Positions 18,232-24,000 of a stretch of DNA of 24,000 nucleotides are shown one piece after another. The stretch lies in NCBI GenBank assembly GCA_017694665.1, contig JADIMP010000066.1, positions 1 to 24,000 on the forward strand. The letters are read 5' to 3'. The notes beneath the pieces were generated by a model. That model did not search any database and had not been told where the DNA came from. It worked only from the letters and a program-made list of their open reading frames with translations. This DNA is from Candidatus Gallilactobacillus intestinavium (GTDB lineage Bacteria; Bacillota; Bacilli; Lactobacillales; Lactobacillaceae). How positions within the stretch are numbered: position 1 is the stretch's first letter; the number at the start of each line of letters is the position of its first letter. The position numbers and the translations under genes are program-made.

Positions 18232-19488
18232 ATGATTAAAACAATAGTTGCTTTTGTAATAATTTTTGGGATTTTAGTTTTAATACATGAATTCGGACAT
18301 TTTTATTTTGCTAAACGTTCAGGAATTTTAGTTAGAGAATTTTCCATTGGTATGGGTCCTAAACTTTTTTGGATAAGAAAAAATGGGACTTTGTATACTA
18401 TTCGTTTGTTACCATTGGGCGGTTATGTCAGAATGGCCGGTTTTGATGAAGATGATGATGAATTAAGACCTGGGATGCCTATTAGTGTTCAATTAAATGA
18501 TCGAAACGAAATAACTAAAATTAATACTACTAAAGAAAACCGTTTTGACGGAATTCCTTTAATTATCACTGATTTTGATTTATCAACTGATTTATTTATT
18601 AGTGGTTATAAAAATGGTGATGAGGATAATGAAGTTAAATATACTGTTAATCATGATGCAACGATTATAGAAAATGATGGTTCAGAACTTTTAATTGCGC
18701 CTAAAGATGTTCAATTTCAATCAGCTAGTATAGGTTATAGATTAATGACTAATTTTGCTGGTCCAATGAATAATTTTATTTTAGCGTTTATCGTGTTTGC
18801 GATAATTGGTTTTGTAAATGGGGGAACGGTTAGTAATTCTAATCAAATTGCTGGGGTTATTAATAATTCTCCAGCTCAACGAGTTGGTTTAAAGGCCCAT
18901 GATCAAATTGTTGCCATAAATGGTAAACAAACTAAGACCTGGGATAGTTTGACTACACAAATTGCTAAAAATGGACAAAAAGAATTAGACCTAAAAGTTA
19001 AACGTAATAACAAAATAAAATCGATTACCTTAAAGCCAAAAGTGGAACAAGCTAACGGACATAAGAGTGAAGTAATTGGAATTACTCGTGAAGTAAATCA
19101 TAGTTTGTACGCTAAGTTATGTGGAGGATTTGTAAATACTTGTTCTTCTCTATTTAAAGCATTACAACATTTATTTGTACATTTCAGTTTAAACGATTTA
19201 GGAGGACCTGTAGCTATTTATGCTAATACTTCCACAGCAGTTAAATCTGGAATGAATGGAATTTTGTATTGGTTAGCATTTTTATCACTAAATTTGGGAA
19301 TTGTTAATTTAATTCCAATTCCTGGATTAGATGGTGGTAAATTATTATTTAATTTGATTGAGTTAATCACACGTAAACGTATATCTGAAAAAGTAGAAAT
19401 GATTGTTACCTCAATTTTCTTTGTCCTTTTGATGATATTGATGGTATTGGTCACTTGGAATGATATAGTTAGATATTTTTTACACTAA
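18232..19488 (+). CDS. rseP: RIP metalloprotease RseP (site-2 protease)
   Basis: 'VLIHEFGHFYFAKRSG' (HExxH), a PDZ-like segment 'VGLKAHDQIVAINGKQTKTWDSLT', and 'NLIPIPGLDGGKL'. Confidence 0.95.
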   Translation: MIKTIVAFVIIFGILVLIHEFGHFYFAKRSGILVREFSIGMGPKLFWIRKNGTLYTIRLLPLGGYVRMAGFDEDDDELRPGMPISVQLNDRNEITKINTTKENRFDGIPLIITDFDLSTDLFISGYKNGDEDNEVKYTVNHDATIIENDGSELLIAPKDVQFQSASIGYRLMTNFAGPMNNFILAFIVFAIIGFVNGGTVSNSNQIAGVINNSPAQRVGLKAHDQIVAINGKQTKTWDSLTTQIAKNGQKELDLKVKRNNKIKSITLKPKVEQANGHKSEVIGITREVNHSLYAKLCGGFVNTCSSLFKALQHLFVHFSLNDLGGPVAIYANTSTAVKSGMNGILYWLAFLSLNLGIVNLIPIPGLDGGKLLFNLIELITRKRISEKVEMIVTSIFFVLLMILMVLVTWNDIVRYFLH

Positions 19489-19501
19489 AATTAAGGATTG
19501 A

Positions 19502-21220
<1,719 letters not shown>

Positions 21221-21232
21221 TTGAGGATTTTT

Positions 21233-24000
21233 ATGTCATTAAGTAAGAATGAATTGTTTAAAGTTTTATTAAAGCAACTAGAATTGAATAATTTGGAAAA
21301 TAATGAAAATTTTTCTAATGCTGAAATTGAAAATTTAACTGTACATTCTAAAAGTGGTGCTTGGAATTTTAGTTTTATATTTGATGAAATTTTACCGTTT
21401 AATGATTTTTTATTATTTGTTGATAGATTAAACAATACGTTTGAAAAAATTGCTCAAATAAATTTTGAAATATCGACAAGAAATAATTCTGATTATGTAA
21501 ACAGTAGTTTAATTAACCAATATTGGAATTGGGTCATTGAACATAGTTCTATTAATGAACAATTTATTAGACAGATTTGTAATGATAAAGAATTGCAAAT
21601 TAATAATAACGTTGTCAATATATTATTACCTAATCAAGCAATTGTTGATTTTTTAAATAGCAAAGTTTTGAATGAATTATCATCAATTTATAAAGATTTA
21701 GGATTTCCTAAATTAACCTTAAATCCTATTCTTGATGATAAAAAAGCGGCTGAAAGTTTAGCTAACTTTAATCAGCGACAATCTGATAATGAATCTGATA
21801 TTCAAACAAAAGCAAAAGCTGTTTTAAATTCACAAAAAGAACAATTAGAAGAAATAACTAAAGATAATTATTCTCGTAAGGAATTAATTGATAGTAATGC
21901 AGAAATTACCTTGATGAAAGATATAAATGAACCTGATAATAATATTACAGTAGAAGGATATGTTTTTAGTAAAGATTTACGTGAATTAAGATCGAAAAGC
22001 AAACTATTAACTTTAAAAATTACAGATTATACTTCTTCATTTATTGTTAAAAAATTTATTAATAGTAATGAATTATCTAGGCTAGAACAAATATCTGAAC
22101 ATTCTTGGGTTAAAGTTGCTGGGAGAGTAGAAGAGGATCATTATTTACATGATTTAGTTATTAATGCTAATAAAATAAACACCATTAAGGGATATTCTCG
22201 TAGTGATAATGCAGATAAAAAAAGAATAGAGTTTCATTTGCATACCCAAATGAGTACGATGGATGCGACAAATAATATCAATGATTTTGTTAAACAAGCA
22301 AAAAAATGGGGACATGAAGCCATTGCCGTTACTGATCATGATAATGTACAAGGATTTCCAGATGCTTTTCATGCGGCAGAAAAAGAAAATTTAAAAATGA
22401 TTTATGGAGTAGAAGTTAATCTAGTAGATGATGGAGAACCCTTAGGATTTAATGATCAACATATAAAATTAGAAGATCAAACATATGTTATTTTTGATTT
22501 AGAAACTACAGGATTATCTGCTGTATATGATCGCGTTATTGAATTATCTGCTGTCAAAATGAAAGATGGTAATGTAATTGATAAATTTCAAGAATTTATT
22601 AATCCTGGATTTCCTTTATCTGAACAGACTATTAATTTGACTAGTATTACTGATGAGATGCTTAGTGATGCCAAACCAGAAAAAGACATTTTTCAAATGT
22701 TTAGAGAATGGTATGGAGATGCAATCTTAGTTGGACATAATGTTACATTTGATGTTGGTTTCATGAATGTTGGTTATAAAAGATATGGTTTAGAAACTAT
22801 AACTAATCCAATTATTGATACTTTAACTCTTGCTAGATTTTTATATCCTAATTTAAAAAGCTATCGATTAAATGTGTTATCTAAAAAATTTGGTATTAGT
22901 CTGGAACATCATCATCGTGCCATTTACGATGCTGAATCGACTGGTCATTTAGCTATGGCGTTATTAAAAGAAGCTAAAGCTAATTATAATATTGAATTTC
23001 ATGATCAATTAAATAATCATATGTATGAACATAAAGCGTATAAGCATGTTAGACCTTCTCATGCCATACTGTTAGCTCAAACTTCAAAGGGACTAAAAAA
23101 TCTATTTAAGTTAATTTCTTTATCCAATATTGATTATTTTTATCGCGTTCCTCGTATCCCTAAAAGTGAGTTGAAAAAATATAGAGATGGTATTTTAGTA
23201 GGAACTGCATGTTCTTCTGGAGAAGTTTTTGAAACACTATTACAAAAAGGTTATGATTTAGCCAAAAAAAAGGCTGAATTTTATGATTATATTGAAGTTC
23301 AACCTAAAGAAGTATATCAACCTTTGATAAATAGCAAATTGATTAAAGATGAAAATCAAGTAGAAGAGTTAATTAAAAAATTGATTCAAATTGCTCAAGA
23401 ACAAAATAAATTATTTATTGCAACTGGTGATGTTCATTATTTAGAACCACATGATAATATTTATCGAAAAATTTTAGTTAGCTCTTTATCTGGAATGAAC
23501 CGTGCTAATAATTTACCTGAAGTTTATTTTAGAACAACAGATGAAATGTTAGATAGTTTTTCCTTTTTGGGTGATAGTTTGGCTAAAAAAGTTGTAGTAG
23601 ATAATACTAACGAGTTAGCTAACTTGATTGAAGAAATTCATCCATTAAAAGATAAGCTGTATACACCTAAGATGGATGGAGCAGAAGACGAAATAAGAAT
23701 ACGTACTAATGAAACTGCTCATAAATTATATGGAGAACAATTGCCAGATTTAGTTCAAAAAAGAATTGATCGTGAATTAAAATCAATTATTGGTAATGGT
23801 TTTTCAGTTATTTATTTAATTGCTCAAAGATTAGTACATAAATCAAATAAAGATGGATATTTAGTAGGATCTAGAGGTTCTGTTGGTTCTTCTTTGGTTG
23901 CAACTTTAATTGGAATAACAGAAGTAAATCCATTACCTCCTCATTATTTATGTCCTAATTGTCAATATAGTGAATTCTATACACATGGTGAGTATGGATC
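21233..24000 (+). CDS. polC: DNA polymerase III alpha subunit, PolC type (partial, runs off the right edge)
   Basis: Open frame from the ATG at 21233 with GAGG RBS. Contains PHP domain 'RIEFHLHTQMSTMDATN...AIAVTDHDNVQGFPDA', DnaQ-like exonuclease 'VIFDLETTGLSAVYDRVIELSAVK', and 'YLVGSRGSVGSSLVATLIGITEVNPLPPHY'. Not in the supplied ORF track because no stop lies in the window. Confidence 0.97.
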   Translation, partial: MSLSKNELFKVLLKQLELNNLENNENFSNAEIENLTVHSKSGAWNFSFIFDEILPFNDFLLFVDRLNNTFEKIAQINFEISTRNNSDYVNSSLINQYWNWVIEHSSINEQFIRQICNDKELQINNNVVNILLPNQAIVDFLNSKVLNELSSIYKDLGFPKLTLNPILDDKKAAESLANFNQRQSDNESDIQTKAKAVLNSQKEQLEEITKDNYSRKELIDSNAEITLMKDINEPDNNITVEGYVFSKDLRELRSKSKLLTLKITDYTSSFIVKKFINSNELSRLEQISEHSWVKVAGRVEEDHYLHDLVINANKINTIKGYSRSDNADKKRIEFHLHTQMSTMDATNNINDFVKQAKKWGHEAIAVTDHDNVQGFPDAFHAAEKENLKMIYGVEVNLVDDGEPLGFNDQHIKLEDQTYVIFDLETTGLSAVYDRVIELSAVKMKDGNVIDKFQEFINPGFPLSEQTINLTSITDEMLSDAKPEKDIFQMFREWYGDAILVGHNVTFDVGFMNVGYKRYGLETITNPIIDTLTLARFLYPNLKSYRLNVLSKKFGISLEHHHRAIYDAESTGHLAMALLKEAKANYNIEFHDQLNNHMYEHKAYKHVRPSHAILLAQTSKGLKNLFKLISLSNIDYFYRVPRIPKSELKKYRDGILVGTACSSGEVFETLLQKGYDLAKKKAEFYDYIEVQPKEVYQPLINSKLIKDENQVEELIKKLIQIAQEQNKLFIATGDVHYLEPHDNIYRKILVSSLSGMNRANNLPEVYFRTTDEMLDSFSFLGDSLAKKVVVDNTNELANLIEEIHPLKDKLYTPKMDGAEDEIRIRTNETAHKLYGEQLPDLVQKRIDRELKSIIGNGFSVIYLIAQRLVHKSNKDGYLVGSRGSVGSSLVATLIGITEVNPLPPHYLCPNCQYSEFYTHGEYG

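Noticed and set aside
19218-19454. Minus-strand ORF opposite the rseP 3' end
   Set aside because: Shadow ORF of the conserved rseP C-terminal coding region.
22154-22372. 72-aa minus-strand ORF
   Set aside because: Antisense to the PolC PHP-domain coding sequence, with no supporting features.

Overview
This is a low-GC Firmicutes window. Gene content and order suggest Lactobacillaceae, but that is inference because no database search was possible. The right half is the conserved essential cluster rpsB-tsf-pyrH-frr // uppS-cdsA-rseP-proS-polC. polC runs off the right edge and is missing from the supplied ORF track. A convergent pair of large membrane-protein genes sits between frr and uppS: a YfhO/GT-C-like protein and a second GT-C-like protein. 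The left half holds an acyltransferase-3 gene and a YfhO-like membrane-protein gene split by a single in-frame TAA. It continues with a nucleoside 2-deoxyribosyltransferase, YnzC and YneF family proteins, a PlsC-like acyltransferase, a translationally coupled PqqD-like/OPT-transporter pair, a TrmN6-like methyltransferase, a GIY-YIG protein and a DHA2-type MFS transporter. I found no CRISPR array, phage, transposase, tRNA/rRNA or recognisable defence system. The points most worth a second look are: (1) the nonsense-split glycopolymer-type membrane gene, supported by alignment to its paralog in this window; (2) G7/C7 tracts in two surface-polymer-like genes; (3) the PqqD-like protein coupled to an OPT transporter with no RiPP machinery in view; (4) the membrane-gene island inside the frr-uppS cluster; (5) a repeat plus tandem Shine-Dalgarno leader upstream of rpsB.
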